A DNA stretch of 64,000 bases from Pseudomonadota bacterium (GTDB lineage: Bacteria; Pseudomonadota; Alphaproteobacteria; Rhodobacterales; Rhodobacteraceae): contig JBCDAV010000014.1 in NCBI GenBank assembly GCA_039184865.1, positions 21,549 through 85,548 of the forward strand, in the 5' to 3' direction. The notes beneath the pieces are model-generated. The model made no database searches, was not told where the DNA came from, and was given only the letters and a program-made list of their open reading frames with translations. Numbering within the stretch: position 1 is the stretch's first letter; the number at the start of each line of letters is the position of its first letter. Shown one piece after another: positions 8,362 to 18,209 of this stretch. The translations under genes and the position numbers were made by a program.

Positions 8362-11300
8362 TCACACTGTGAATTCGAACTGATCCTCGGTCAGTTGCGC
8401 GGCCGTGATGCCCGGCAGGGTAATGCTGTCCAGCCCATAGCGGACCGATGCGCCTTGCGGTCCGTCGTTGATCATCAGATCCGAGAAGCCCAGCCCGGTC
8501 GCGGAAAGATCGATCGTATCGACCCCAAGCTCGAAGTCCCGGATGACGTCGGCGCCGTCGCCGAGCGAGAACGCGAAGACATCGGCCTCGGTCCCGCCGA
8601 ACATCACATCGTTGCCGAGACCGCCGATCAGGAGGTCGGTTCCGCCTTCGCCACCCAGACGGTCATTGCCGTCCAATCCGCTGAGCGTATTGCTCTCGCC
8701 GTTGCCGAAGATCTGGTTCGCCATCGCGTTGCCGGTCAGATCGATTGCGGCCCCGGATCGGGCGGCGGCAAACTCGATGTGGCCGGCGAGCGTCAGATCG
8801 ACCGCGCTGTAGACCCGGTCGTAGCCCTCGCCCGCCAACTCGGTGATGACCGTACCGGACTCGTAGACCTGATAGATATCGTCGCCCGTGCCGCCGGTCA
8901 GCGTCGCCTCCCCGTTGAACACGCGCAGCACATCGTTGCCGCCGAGGCCCTGCAACTCGACCGGCCCGGCCGTGAGCGAGAGCACGTCGTTGCCGGCGGT
9001 GCCCGTCACCACACGAACCGGGCCCGCGCCCGTCGCCTCGATGAAGTTGCTCGCAGACAGGTCCACCGAGGCCACGCCCTTCAGGATCGCAGTGCCGGAT
9101 GCATGGGCAACCACCGCGTCGCCGCCGCGATCCTCGATGAACATGTCTGTGAAGCGCGCCCCCAGTGCGGAGATGTCGATCAGGTCGACGCCGAGTTCGA
9201 AATCAAGGATCGTGTCGATCCCGGTATCCACCGAAAGCACGAACACATCGGCTCCCGACCCGCCTTCGAGAATGTCGTTCGCGCCTGCGCCGTCCAGCGT
9301 GTCATTGCCGGCGCGGCCATCGAGCCGGTCGGACGAGGCGCCCCCGGTGAGCTCGTTGTCACCGGAATTGCCGGTGATCCAAGTCCCCGTCGAACCCGCC
9401 GTCACGTCCAGGTCATCCGTTCCGCGCAGGGTCGCGGCTTCGATGTTGTCGGCCAGCGTGACCGAGGTGAACACCAGCGCGCGGTCGTAACCGCCGCCCG
9501 GAAGCTCGACCAGCACATCGCCCGCGTCATCGATGGCAAACGTGTCGTCGCCCGGCCCGCCAGCCATGGAGTCCGCTCCCGGTCCGCCGATCAGCGAGTC
9601 GTTGCCGGCACCGCCGTCAAGCGAGTCGGCCAGCGCGCCGCCGGTCAACGTGTTGTCGTCGGCATTGCCGATCAGCGTGTTGATGGCGCCGGCAGCGCCG
9701 ACGACGTTTTCGATCTCGTTGAGGTCGTCGCCCGCAGCGTCTCCGGTGTTCTGCGAACTGTCGCCGAGGTCCACCGTGAGCGGTGACGTTGAATCGAGGT
9801 AGGCGACCGTGTCCACGCCCGGTCCGCCAAAGACCTGATCCGGTTCCGGGCCCGGCGCAATGACGTCGTCGTCGGGGCCGCCATAGATCAGGTCTTCGCC
9901 CGGCCCCCCGACGATCAGGTCGTTGCCCGGTCCGCCGGAGAGGGTATCGCTGCCCTGCTCGCCGGTGATTGCGTCGACGTCGGCACCGCCGGATACGCTG
10001 TCGTTGCCCGTGCCAGCGAAGACGAGATCATCGCCCGCATCCCCGCGCACGGTGTCGTCTCCGCCCTCGGCACGGATCGTGTCGCCGCCACCGGCTCCCG
10101 CGATGACCTCTCCTACCGGGGTGCCGTCGAGCTCTTCCGCGGTGTCATCGCCCTGGATGTCGGCCGGCGGGACCGAGACAGTCGCCTCGCTCAGGCGCAG
10201 GTCAAGTGTCCCCTCTACCGTGTCCGTGCCATCCGTGACCTCGTAGGCGATCGTCTCGAAAATCTCCGTCGCGTCGGTGCGCGTGAACATCAGCTTGTCG
10301 TTGACGATCTCGAATGTCCCGCCGGTGGCGAAGCCGACGGACACCAGCGAAAGCACATCACCATCGATATCAAAATCGTTGTCGAGCACGTCGATTTCGA
10401 TCGGGTCGAGATCGTCGCTGCGCACGATGTCGAGGAACGCGACCGGCGCGGAGTTGACAAACGGGATCAGGTTTAGTGTCAGGCTTCCGGTGTCCTCCGG
10501 CGCGCCCGCGAGATCGGTGTCGTCGACTTCGAGACCGACGATCAGTTCGGCATCCGTCGCCGCGTCGAGAACGGCATCACCGCGCAGGAAAAGCTGATCG
10601 CCGACCACGCGGAAGAAGCCCGCGTCCGCTCCGGTGACCGAGAAGACATGCGTGCCGATGCCGTCATCGTCGAGCAGCAATTCGGCGATCAGCCGATCCG
10701 ATCCATCGGCGCTGCGGTCCTCGACCTCGGTCTCGAGCTGGTCGATGACCAGTATCGGCGCGGCATTTCCGACGCTGACCGACAACGTGGCCGTGGCGAC
10801 CGAGGTGCCGGTGGTGACCTGATAGGTGAGTTGGTCGATCCCCTCGAACCCCAGATCCGGGGTGTAGAGGATCGTGCCGTCTGGCGTCAGGTCGGCCTCG
10901 CCGTTCTCGGCTGCGCCGACAAAGCTGACGGACAGCTCGCGCAGATCTAGATCGCTGTCATTGGCGAGCACGTCTACCTCGACAGCGGTATCGACAGCCG
11001 TTGCCGCCGAGTCGTCGACCGCGTTCGGATCCGGGTTGCCCGCCAGCACGCTCACCGCGACGGTCGCGGTGTCGGTATCACCTGCCCCGTTGGCCACGGT
11101 GTAGGTGAAGGTGTCCACGCCGACGACATTGACGTCCGGCGTGTAGCTGATCGCACCTGCGGGTGTGATCGAAGCCGATCCGGCTGCAGGATCGCTCACC
11201 GCCGTGATCGTGAACGGATCGCCCGGTTGTCCGAGATCGTTGTCGAGAACCGGAATCTCGATGGTCTGATTGCGCGTGATCGTGGCCGCATCGTCGAGCG

Positions 11301-14300
11301 CGCCGAAATCGTTGTCGATAATCGTCACCACAGCACCCCCGACAGCCACGGTGGTATCGCTGCCGAATGCGTTCAGATAGACGGTCAGTTGCTCGTCGCC
11401 CTCGATCTCCAGATCATCGGCGATATCGACGGTGATGAATGCGAAATTGTCGAAACCCGGAACGACCGCAATGTCCGTGAAGAAACCGCCGAGAACATCT
11501 GCATTCTCGGCCGGGTTCTCGCCAAAACCCTCGACCACGAACTCGAAGTTCGCATCGAAGAACGGGGTGAAATCGGTCTCGATCTGGAAGGTCGCGGTCC
11601 CGCCCTCCAGCACGGTTCCGTCCGGGGCGTCGATCAGCGTCAGCGATGCCTGAACGTCATCGATCGAGAAGATCGGATCGTCATTGAAGATATCGCCGAA
11701 CAGGTCGTCGGCGAACGGGTTGATCGTGCCGCCGGTCGCACCGGTCAGGATCAGATCGAATGTCTCGAAATCGTCGAGAATGTCGAACTCGCCGATTTGC
11801 ACCTCGCCGAAATCGTCGGTGTAGAACTCGCCGTCGAAGAACAGGTCCGAGAAAGACGGGGTCTCACTCAGGGAATCGCCGAACGCTGCAAGCTCGAAAG
11901 TCGCGACGTTCTCTCCGGGCTCGAAAACCACGGTGCCAGACGGGGTGATCCCGCCGAAATCGGAGGGCTCGGTATCGAAATGGCGAAGCTCCCACGTCAC
12001 TTCGGTCCGGCCCGAAAGGTCGCCCTGGCGCAGCAGTTCGACAGTCTGAAACTCCGGTCCGAACTCGCCTTCGAAGAGCGATATGAAACTGTCGATGAAG
12101 CCAACTTCGGGCAGCGTGGCGTCTCCGGCGGGTGCCGTGCCGTCATCATCGTTCAGGATCGTCGCGGACGCCGACGGGACGAGGATCTCAGTTCCGACCG
12201 CGTTGCTGAGGATGATCTCGAACGTCTCGTCGGCTTCCTCGGCGAAATCACCGACGACATCGATCTCGATCAGCTTGCGTTCCTCGCCCGCGGCAAAGGC
12301 GATGCTGCCCGACGGCAGGCGTCCGGCGAAATCCGCGAGGTTGACCGGGTTGGCCCCGGTCGGGCCAACGGCCCAGTCGACGCTCGCCGGTTCCGACAGA
12401 TCGCCAAGTCGATAGACGTCGAAGCGGAATGTGCTCGCCGCGGCCGTACCTTCCGCCTGACTTCGGTCGATGGCCGAAACGATCAGCCCCTCGATCGCGG
12501 GATCGGGCGCGTCGACCGTGATTGTGAAGGTATCGGACGCCGACAGACCGGTCCGGTCGGTTGCCGTGACCGTGACATCCGTAGCCCCGACATCGCCCAG
12601 ACCGGGCAGCCCGTAGAGGAACTGGTTTTCCGGATCGGAGGCGTCGAGGTTCAGCCACGACGGCAGGCCGGAGAAGTCCAGCGTCAGCACCTCGCGCCCG
12701 GTGAGCTGGCTTCCGTCAGGCAGCGTAGTGAAAAACGATGACGACGAGAAGTCGGAGTCCGTGAACACCCCGAACACACCGACCGAGCGGACCGGGTTCG
12801 TGACTCCGAGCGACTCGTTGGTCGGGTTCAGGAATTGCAGGTTGAATGGCAGACCGGCGGACAGGAACTGGTCCGCAACCGGATCGGTCACCTCGGGTGC
12901 ATCGGGCGTGTTCTCGATGAGGATCAGAAATCTCTCGGAGTTTGTAGCACCCCGGTCGTCTGTCGCCTGGAACTGGAAGAAACCGCCGTCCTGTTCGGTT
13001 TCCGGCGTTCCCGAGATCGTGCGGGTCGCTTCGTCGAAACTCGCCCAGGCAGGGGCGCTGAACATCTCGAGGCTGACGATCGTGCCGTCATTGTCCGTCG
13101 CGAAATCTTCGGGCAACTGGAACGAGAAGAACTCGCCCTCGACCAAATCGGGGAGGTCGGCGAAGGAAAGCCGCCGGATCAGCGGGATGCTGTTGGGCTC
13201 AGGCGGGTCCGGCGGTCCCGCCGGGTCGTTCAGGACCAGGGTCGCGTCGTCCTGTTCGCCGACGACGCCGTTGCCGACCTCGAAGCGCGTGACGGTCTCG
13301 ACCAGTTCGACCAGCTCCGCCGTGATCGTCAGCGGCGTGTCGTCGAGCACGTTCAGCGTCAGCTCCAGCGCCCGGCCGTCGGCGGACGTGGTCTCGTCAG
13401 TGACCGCGTCGAGCTGCCAGCGCCCGGTCAGCGGATCGAAATCGAGCTGGTCGCTCTCCGGCGAATTGTCCAGTTCGTCGTCCCCGTTGATCGTGTTGTA
13501 GAAACGGAAGTTCGTGATCTCCAGACCGTCCGGGATCTGCACGTCGATCACCGGGTTCGCCGTGGCGCCGCCGCTTGTGCGCATGAACACCGTGACGGTG
13601 ATCTCTTCGCCGATCAGCGGTGCGAAGTTCGAGGTTTCGATGTCGACCGTGACGTTCGGCTCCTCGGTGCGGCTGAAGCGCCGGACCTCGACGTCGTAGA
13701 GCTGCGAGGTGCTGTCATTCGAGCGGTCAGGATCGTCGCCGTCATGCGAGACCGTGGCGGTGAACTCGAACTCGGTTTCGAGTTCCGGGCGCCAGCGCAT
13801 CGGAATGGCGATGCTCGCTCCGGCACGCAACGGTTCCGTCAGTTCGACCGTCGTGCTGTAGTTCTCGAACGTCACATTCTGCCAGGGCGATCCGGTATAG
13901 CTCGTCGCGGCGACCGAGCCGGGGTCGATGACCTCCGGGTTCGGGAGATTGGACAGAATGTTGGGTGGCGGGCCGAGGTCTTCGACGACGGTGGCGCCGG
14001 TCGCATCCAGCAGCGAATTATTGGTGACGACCAGTTCGTAGAAGATCTCGCCCGTTCCAACACCGGTCTGGTCGCCAAGCGGGCGGCGCTCGATCGAGAG
14101 ATCGGCATCGTTCGGCACGGGGCTTTCGATCGGGGTCTGGAGCGAGGCCTCGTTGTCCGACGTGAAGGGATCGAAGCTGTCAGACGTGACAAGCGCGTCA
14201 ACCAGCAACGTCTCCCGGCCGTCGTCCGGGACCTCGACCTCCAGCGCGACCCGCCGCGTTTCGCCGGGCGCCAGCGGATCGAGCGCGAAGCTGTAGAAGA

Positions 14301-17300
14301 AGTCGCCATCGGCGGTCAGCACGACATCGCCGTTCCCATCGGTCGTCGCCGTCTCGCGCTGCGCGAACCCGATCGGCGTCACCCCGTCCAGAGCCTGGCG
14401 CACGACGACGCTGGGTTCGGCCGTAAAATCGGCCAGTTCGATCTCCAGCACCATGCCTGACGAGAAGTCGGGCCCGACATTGGTGATCTCGAAATCGTAG
14501 GACGCAGATGCGCCCGCTTCGATCGCACCGGCGGGCCCGAAGGCCACCAGTTCGAGATCTGCCTCGGACGGTCCTGCAAGTTCTTCGGAATACGCCGAGA
14601 AGACCGGCGCGTTGTCATCGTCGAAGATCTGCGCATAGACGAAGTAGCTTCCGGCATCGAGACCGGCGGTCGAGAACGTCACCGTGCCGGCACCGTGGCT
14701 TTCGGTCAGGAAGGCCGCGTCCTCGATCAGTTGTCCGTCGAAGCCGGTGTTGTCGGTATCGAAGAAGAAGTTGAGCGTCGCATCGGAGTCGGGGTCGATC
14801 GCCGTGTAGTCGATGACATAGGTCGGTGCGCCCGGCGACGAGTTCGGATCGAGCGTGATCGCATCCAGTGTCACTTCCGGTTTCGACGCCGGAATGAAGG
14901 CATCGTAGGTGACCGCGCCGAGGCCGGTCTCGTCCACGACCTGGATATCCCAGACGCCCGCGATCGGGTTGGTCACAAACACCGCACGGCCGAAGCTGGA
15001 CGACAGTTCGAGCGGCGCCTCGATCCCGTTGGCAGCGAACTCGTCCAAGGTGAACGTCTGCAGGATCGGACCGCCGACGGTCTCCTGATAGGTGACGATC
15101 ACGTCGACATCGCGCCCAGCGACGTTCTCCCAGAGCGCGTGCATCTCGAGATAGTCTTCGGTGCCAGCGACCTCCCAACTGCCGACCGCCAGCGCCGGTT
15201 TCGTGCTGGCGAACGTATCGAGGCCGTTCGCACTGTCGTAGCGAATCCCGATATCCTTGTTGCCGAAGCCGAACGGAACGTTCAGCACGCCAGCCTGCAA
15301 GGCGAAGTCATCGCCCTTGCTGGCCCCTTCGAAGAACGCGACCTGATCGAACTTGAACCCGGCATAGGGTCCGAATTTCGAGGTGTTCGGCACTGCGAAG
15401 TTTCCGTTCGCGGTGACGGTCGCGCTCCCGTCGCCGAGGGCGGCCTTGAGGCTTCCGGTGCCGGTGAAGGCATCGAACAAGGCCCGGAACTTGATGTTGC
15501 TGGCGTTGAACGAAAGCTGACTGAGGTTGAGCAGCGAGTCGACCGACAGCGAGAGAATCTGTTCCGCGCCAAAGATCACCTGGCCGTTGATCTCGAAGCT
15601 CGTGTCACCGGCTTTGGTTCCGAGCGTGGCGCTGGAACCGCGGTCGATCCGCAGATTGGCCGCAAGGTTGGCGGTGAATGCACGGATATCCGTCGGCTCC
15701 GTGAAGAAGACACCGTCGGGCTGTGCGGTCGCGGACTTGCCCAACCCGAGACCGAGTGCGCCACCGAGCTTGAACGGAAGCTGCGATGCCCCGCCGGGGC
15801 CGGAGAAGTCCGGGAAGATGTTCTCGAGTGTGAAGCCCAGCCGCGTCAGGAACAGTGGCGCAGCCAGATTGTTCGGGATCGGAACCTCGCCGTCGATGGT
15901 GACGGAAAAGCCGTTCGGCGTGATGCTTGTCGGGCCGTCCGGCACCAGAAAGTTCACGCGCGCGGAGATCGCATCTATCGCGCTGAACAGCGTACCTTTG
16001 GGAAACTTGAAGGCGCCGCCCAGCGTGAATGCCGTGATCTGGTTATCGGCGAGGGTCAGATCGGCACTCAGGTTCTCTGCCTTGAAGCCGCCGAACGTGG
16101 GCGTTGGCCCGATCACACCGAGCAGGCTGCCTTCGAGAACGCCGTCGGAGATCTTCACGCCGCGCGGCGGCGCGAGATCGATGATCAGTTGCGGGTCTTC
16201 CTCGGTGTCGAACAGCGGCGTCGAGACCGTCAGTTTGCCGTCGACCGTGATGTCCGGGAACAGCGCGGAATCATTTTGTGTGAACGTCGCGCCGAAGTTC
16301 TCGGGAGTTACGACGAACGCGTTGAAAGCGCTGAACGTCGTGTTCGCGAGCTGGAAACGACCGCCATCGATCCCGACGCCGGTCGCATCGATGCGCAAGG
16401 CGTTTACCGAGCCGGTGACACCAAGCCCGCCGGAGGAGAGCCCAAGGTTGATCCTGTCGCCCCCGAGTTCGTCGGGCAGCACGAACCCGCCGCCGACCTT
16501 GATGGTGTTGGGATCGAGCTGGATCGTCCCGACCTCGAACGACAGACCGCCGAGTTCGAGAGCCCCCGGCGACGGAAGCGTGATGTTCGAAGGCGCGCCG
16601 CCGCCTGCTGGCAGGTCGAAAGCCCCCGTGAAAAGCAATGTCCGTTCGTCGCCGACAACGCTGAAGACCTGACCTCGCTTGACGCTGATCTTGGTCGCGT
16701 CGATCTCTGCGGAGCCGCCGACAACCTCGATCAGCGCATCTGTGCCGTCGCGTCGACCGATGGTGAAGGTCCCATTGACGATGCACTTGGCGGGTTGCGA
16801 ATCGTCGATCGTTCCGCCCAGCACGACATAGGGGGGCACGCCGACGCATTTCGCGTCGATGAAGACCGTCGCCTCTTCAGAGACGTTCCCGGTTTGATCG
16901 GTGATCGTGTAGGTGAATTCGTCGCCGCCATTGGCCTCGAACGCGTCGAAATCGCTCGGCGTGTAGACGACGTTGCCGCCGACGATCAGGCTGCTCGGAT
17001 CGCCGGTGAAGAATTGCGGACCGGTGACGATGGTGAAGGACGACGGAACGATGTCGTCATCCTTGTCGCTGTCATTGGCGAGAAGCTGGCTGATCGGAAC
17101 GATGAGCGGGGCATCCGATGCTTCGGACAACTCGCCTGCTTCATCGTCCTCGGCGACCGGCGTGCTCTCCTTGTCATCATAGGTGATCGAGCCGCTGATG
17201 TTCCAGGCGGTGCCGGGGAGCGGCGCGTTCACGAGCACCGAAAAGGTTTCGGTCTCGCCCTCCTCCAGCGTGAAGACCACCTGGTCGCCGCCGCTGCCGC

Positions 17301-17478
17301 CGACGAGACCGGAGTCAAAAATGACCGTGTTACCGAGCCGCGCCAGCGTCTCGTCCTGGATCGTGAAGTGAGTGTAGTCCCACTGGATCAGGTACTCACC
17401 CGGCTCGCTGAGAACGAATGACCGAGATCCGCCGCCCTGATTGCCCGCAAAAGAAATATCCGTGACTTCGAGCGACAT
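8362..17478 (-). CDS. Giant RTX-repeat adhesin-like protein (cadherin/Big_9-like, DUF11-like, dystroglycan-type Ig, Calx-beta, RTX), probable type I secretion substrate
   Basis: About 3040 aa, very acidic, no signal peptide. PVAEDD/LANDSD cadherin-like units; ADLEL/ADLSI DUF11-like units; PAWASFDEATRTISGTP-type Ig units; Calx-beta units (FAAGEERKLIEIDVVGDFAEEADETFEIILSN); many GGxGxDxxx repeats; C-terminal DVFxF...DxIxDFELGVDxID blocks. Start at MSLEV (GGGAG RBS). Confidence 0.93.
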   Translation of the reverse strand: MSLEVTDISFAGNQGGGSRSFVLSEPGEYLIQWDYTHFTIQDETLARLGNTVIFDSGLVGGSGGDQVVFTLEEGETETFSVLVNAPLPGTAWNISGSITYDDKESTPVAEDDEAGELSEASDAPLIVPISQLLANDSDKDDDIVPSSFTIVTGPQFFTGDPSSLIVGGNVVYTPSDFDAFEANGGDEFTYTITDQTGNVSEEATVFIDAKCVGVPPYVVLGGTIDDSQPAKCIVNGTFTIGRRDGTDALIEVVGGSAEIDATKISVKRGQVFSVVGDERTLLFTGAFDLPAGGGAPSNITLPSPGALELGGLSFEVGTIQLDPNTIKVGGGFVLPDELGGDRINLGLSSGGLGVTGSVNALRIDATGVGIDGGRFQLANTTFSAFNAFVVTPENFGATFTQNDSALFPDITVDGKLTVSTPLFDTEEDPQLIIDLAPPRGVKISDGVLEGSLLGVIGPTPTFGGFKAENLSADLTLADNQITAFTLGGAFKFPKGTLFSAIDAISARVNFLVPDGPTSITPNGFSVTIDGEVPIPNNLAAPLFLTRLGFTLENIFPDFSGPGGASQLPFKLGGALGLGLGKSATAQPDGVFFTEPTDIRAFTANLAANLRIDRGSSATLGTKAGDTSFEINGQVIFGAEQILSLSVDSLLNLSQLSFNASNIKFRALFDAFTGTGSLKAALGDGSATVTANGNFAVPNTSKFGPYAGFKFDQVAFFEGASKGDDFALQAGVLNVPFGFGNKDIGIRYDSANGLDTFASTKPALAVGSWEVAGTEDYLEMHALWENVAGRDVDVIVTYQETVGGPILQTFTLDEFAANGIEAPLELSSSFGRAVFVTNPIAGVWDIQVVDETGLGAVTYDAFIPASKPEVTLDAITLDPNSSPGAPTYVIDYTAIDPDSDATLNFFFDTDNTGFDGQLIEDAAFLTESHGAGTVTFSTAGLDAGSYFVYAQIFDDDNAPVFSAYSEELAGPSEADLELVAFGPAGAIEAGASASYDFEITNVGPDFSSGMVLEIELADFTAEPSVVVRQALDGVTPIGFAQRETATTDGNGDVVLTADGDFFYSFALDPLAPGETRRVALEVEVPDDGRETLLVDALVTSDSFDPFTSDNEASLQTPIESPVPNDADLSIERRPLGDQTGVGTGEIFYELVVTNNSLLDATGATVVEDLGPPPNILSNLPNPEVIDPGSVAATSYTGSPWQNVTFENYSTTVELTEPLRAGASIAIPMRWRPELETEFEFTATVSHDGDDPDRSNDSTSQLYDVEVRRFSRTEEPNVTVDIETSNFAPLIGEEITVTVFMRTSGGATANPVIDVQIPDGLEITNFRFYNTINGDDELDNSPESDQLDFDPLTGRWQLDAVTDETTSADGRALELTLNVLDDTPLTITAELVELVETVTRFEVGNGVVGEQDDATLVLNDPAGPPDPPEPNSIPLIRRLSFADLPDLVEGEFFSFQLPEDFATDNDGTIVSLEMFSAPAWASFDEATRTISGTPETEQDGGFFQFQATDDRGATNSERFLILIENTPDAPEVTDPVADQFLSAGLPFNLQFLNPTNESLGVTNPVRSVGVFGVFTDSDFSSSSFFTTLPDGSQLTGREVLTLDFSGLPSWLNLDASDPENQFLYGLPGLGDVGATDVTVTATDRTGLSASDTFTITVDAPDPAIEGLIVSAIDRSQAEGTAAASTFRFDVYRLGDLSEPASVDWAVGPTGANPVNLADFAGRLPSGSIAFAAGEERKLIEIDVVGDFAEEADETFEIILSNAVGTEILVPSASATILNDDDGTAPAGDATLPEVGFIDSFISLFEGEFGPEFQTVELLRQGDLSGRTEVTWELRHFDTEPSDFGGITPSGTVVFEPGENVATFELAAFGDSLSETPSFSDLFFDGEFYTDDFGEVQIGEFDILDDFETFDLILTGATGGTINPFADDLFGDIFNDDPIFSIDDVQASLTLIDAPDGTVLEGGTATFQIETDFTPFFDANFEFVVEGFGENPAENADVLGGFFTDIAVVPGFDNFAFITVDIADDLEIEGDEQLTVYLNAFGSDTTVAVGGAVVTIIDNDFGALDDAATITRNQTIEIPVLDNDLGQPGDPFTITAVSDPAAGSASITPAGAISYTPDVNVVGVDTFTYTVANGAGDTDTATVAVSVLAGNPDPNAVDDSAATAVDTAVEVDVLANDSDLDLRELSVSFVGAAENGEADLTPDGTILYTPDLGFEGIDQLTYQVTTGTSVATATLSVSVGNAAPILVIDQLETEVEDRSADGSDRLIAELLLDDDGIGTHVFSVTGADAGFFRVVGDQLFLRGDAVLDAATDAELIVGLEVDDTDLAGAPEDTGSLTLNLIPFVNSAPVAFLDIVRSDDLDPIEIDVLDNDFDIDGDVLSLVSVGFATGGTFEIVNDKLMFTRTDATEIFETIAYEVTDGTDTVEGTLDLRLSEATVSVPPADIQGDDTAEELDGTPVGEVIAGAGGGDTIRAEGGDDTVRGDAGDDLVFAGTGNDSVSGGADVDAITGEQGSDTLSGGPGNDLIVGGPGEDLIYGGPDDDVIAPGPEPDQVFGGPGVDTVAYLDSTSPLTVDLGDSSQNTGDAAGDDLNEIENVVGAAGAINTLIGNADDNTLTGGALADSLDGGAGNDSLIGGPGADSMAGGPGDDTFAIDDAGDVLVELPGGGYDRALVFTSVTLADNIEAATLRGTDDLDVTAGSTGTWITGNSGDNELTGGASSDRLDGRAGNDTLDGAGANDILEGGSGADVFVLSVDTGIDTILDFELGVDLIDISALGARFTDMFIEDRGGDAVVAHASGTAILKGVASVDLSASNFIEATGAGPVRVVTGTAGNDVLSLTAGPVELQGLGGNDVLRVFNGEATLTGGTGDDIYQVYESGTVITELAGEGYDRVYSAVDLTLAGHIEFAAARSGAAIDLTGNAMANQIFGNGESNTLSGLDGNDRLGGEGGTDLLIGGLGNDVMFGGTEADVFAFSLGDGADVIRDFELGVDTIDLSATGLGFSDLMINDGPQGASVRYGLDSITLPGITAAQLTEDQFEFTV

Positions 17479-17581
17479 TGTCTCCCCCCGACGCACTCAT
17501 CCACGAAGAAATTGTCCAGTATGATGCGGTTCAGAACAAGACCGGTGCGGCAATTTGTTATAGAGTATCGTGACGGCTATT

Positions 17582-17596
17582 TGATTTGGCAAATCA
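17582..17596. promoter_or_regulatory. Perfect 15-bp palindrome TGATTTG-G-CAAATCA, candidate operator upstream of the adhesin
   Basis: Read directly; lies about 105 bp upstream of the adhesin start in an AT-rich intergenic region. Confidence 0.4.
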
Positions 17597-17629
17597 GCGG
17601 ATCTGTGAGCCGAATTTCCGAATCACTAA

Positions 17630-17662
17630 AGAGAATTACTTGCAGGTCGAGAATCATTCTTA
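17630..17662. promoter_or_regulatory. Two adjacent Fur/Irr-like 7-1-7 boxes
   Basis: AGAGAAT-T-ACTTGCA (17630-17644) and CGAGAAT-C-ATTCTTA (17648-17662). The second contains AGAA-TCA-TTCT, the core of the Irr ICE consensus. Confidence 0.35.
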
Positions 17663-17728
17663 GGTTGTATTGTGGAGGTCAGCTTCTCGTCGGCGGGCCG
17701 CTGGCGCACATCCAGGCGCCTTGGCGTG

Positions 17729-18199
17729 CTACCAGTGCTCGGTCCCCGGCGCACCCTTGGGCGATCCTTCCAGGTTGGGCGTCCACCATCCGCCATAGAA
17801 GTCTCCGGCCTGCGGAATGACGGCGACGCCGGCAACACGGCACTTATCCATCAGCGCCGGGTAGATCGCGATCATGTCGACCAGATCGCGGAACCGCTTC
17901 GTGGGCGCCCGGTAGGTCCAGGCCGCGCGCGCTGCCGTCCGGCCGCCGGCGCGGATATCGAAATAGGTGGCGGCGCCCTTCCACTCGCAGAAGCTGCGGC
18001 CAGCGACCTCGATCAGGTCGGCGGTGACATCGGCGCGCGGCAGGTAGTAGGTCGGCGGGTGATGCGTCTCGAGCACGCGCAACGCGCCGGTCGTGTCGGC
18101 AACGCTCTGCCCTGCAAAGACGACCTCGATGCGCCACGGTGCCGGCTCCAGCGCCGGAGGCCGCGGATAGTCCTGAACGTTTTCGGTCGGCAGGGTCAT
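17729..18199 (-). CDS. DUF427 domain protein
   Basis: ENVQDYPRPP, VLETHHPPTYYLP, SFCEWKGAATY, GDFYGGW are hallmark DUF427 motifs. Confidence 0.88.
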   Translation of the reverse strand: MTLPTENVQDYPRPPALEPAPWRIEVVFAGQSVADTTGALRVLETHHPPTYYLPRADVTADLIEVAGRSFCEWKGAATYFDIRAGGRTAARAAWTYRAPTKRFRDLVDMIAIYPALMDKCRVAGVAVIPQAGDFYGGWWTPNLEGSPKGAPGTEHW

Positions 18200-18209
18200 C
18201 GATTGGCTC

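Noticed and set aside
8362-9990. RTX and Ig repeats as a possible DNA repeat array or CRISPR
   Set aside because: The repeats are degenerate at DNA level and conserved only as protein; there is no repeat-spacer periodicity and no cas gene in the window.
8395-17421. Very long + strand ORFs opposite the adhesin (463, 504, 541 and 908 aa)
   Set aside because: Antisense shadows: Arg/Gly/Val-rich, no motifs, in codon register with a GC-biased gene that seldom uses the codons whose complements are stops.
4383-17728. Calling the secreted-protein block a genomic island or mobile element
   Set aside because: No integrase, transposase, tRNA or flanking direct repeat found; coding GC looks similar to the rest of the window.
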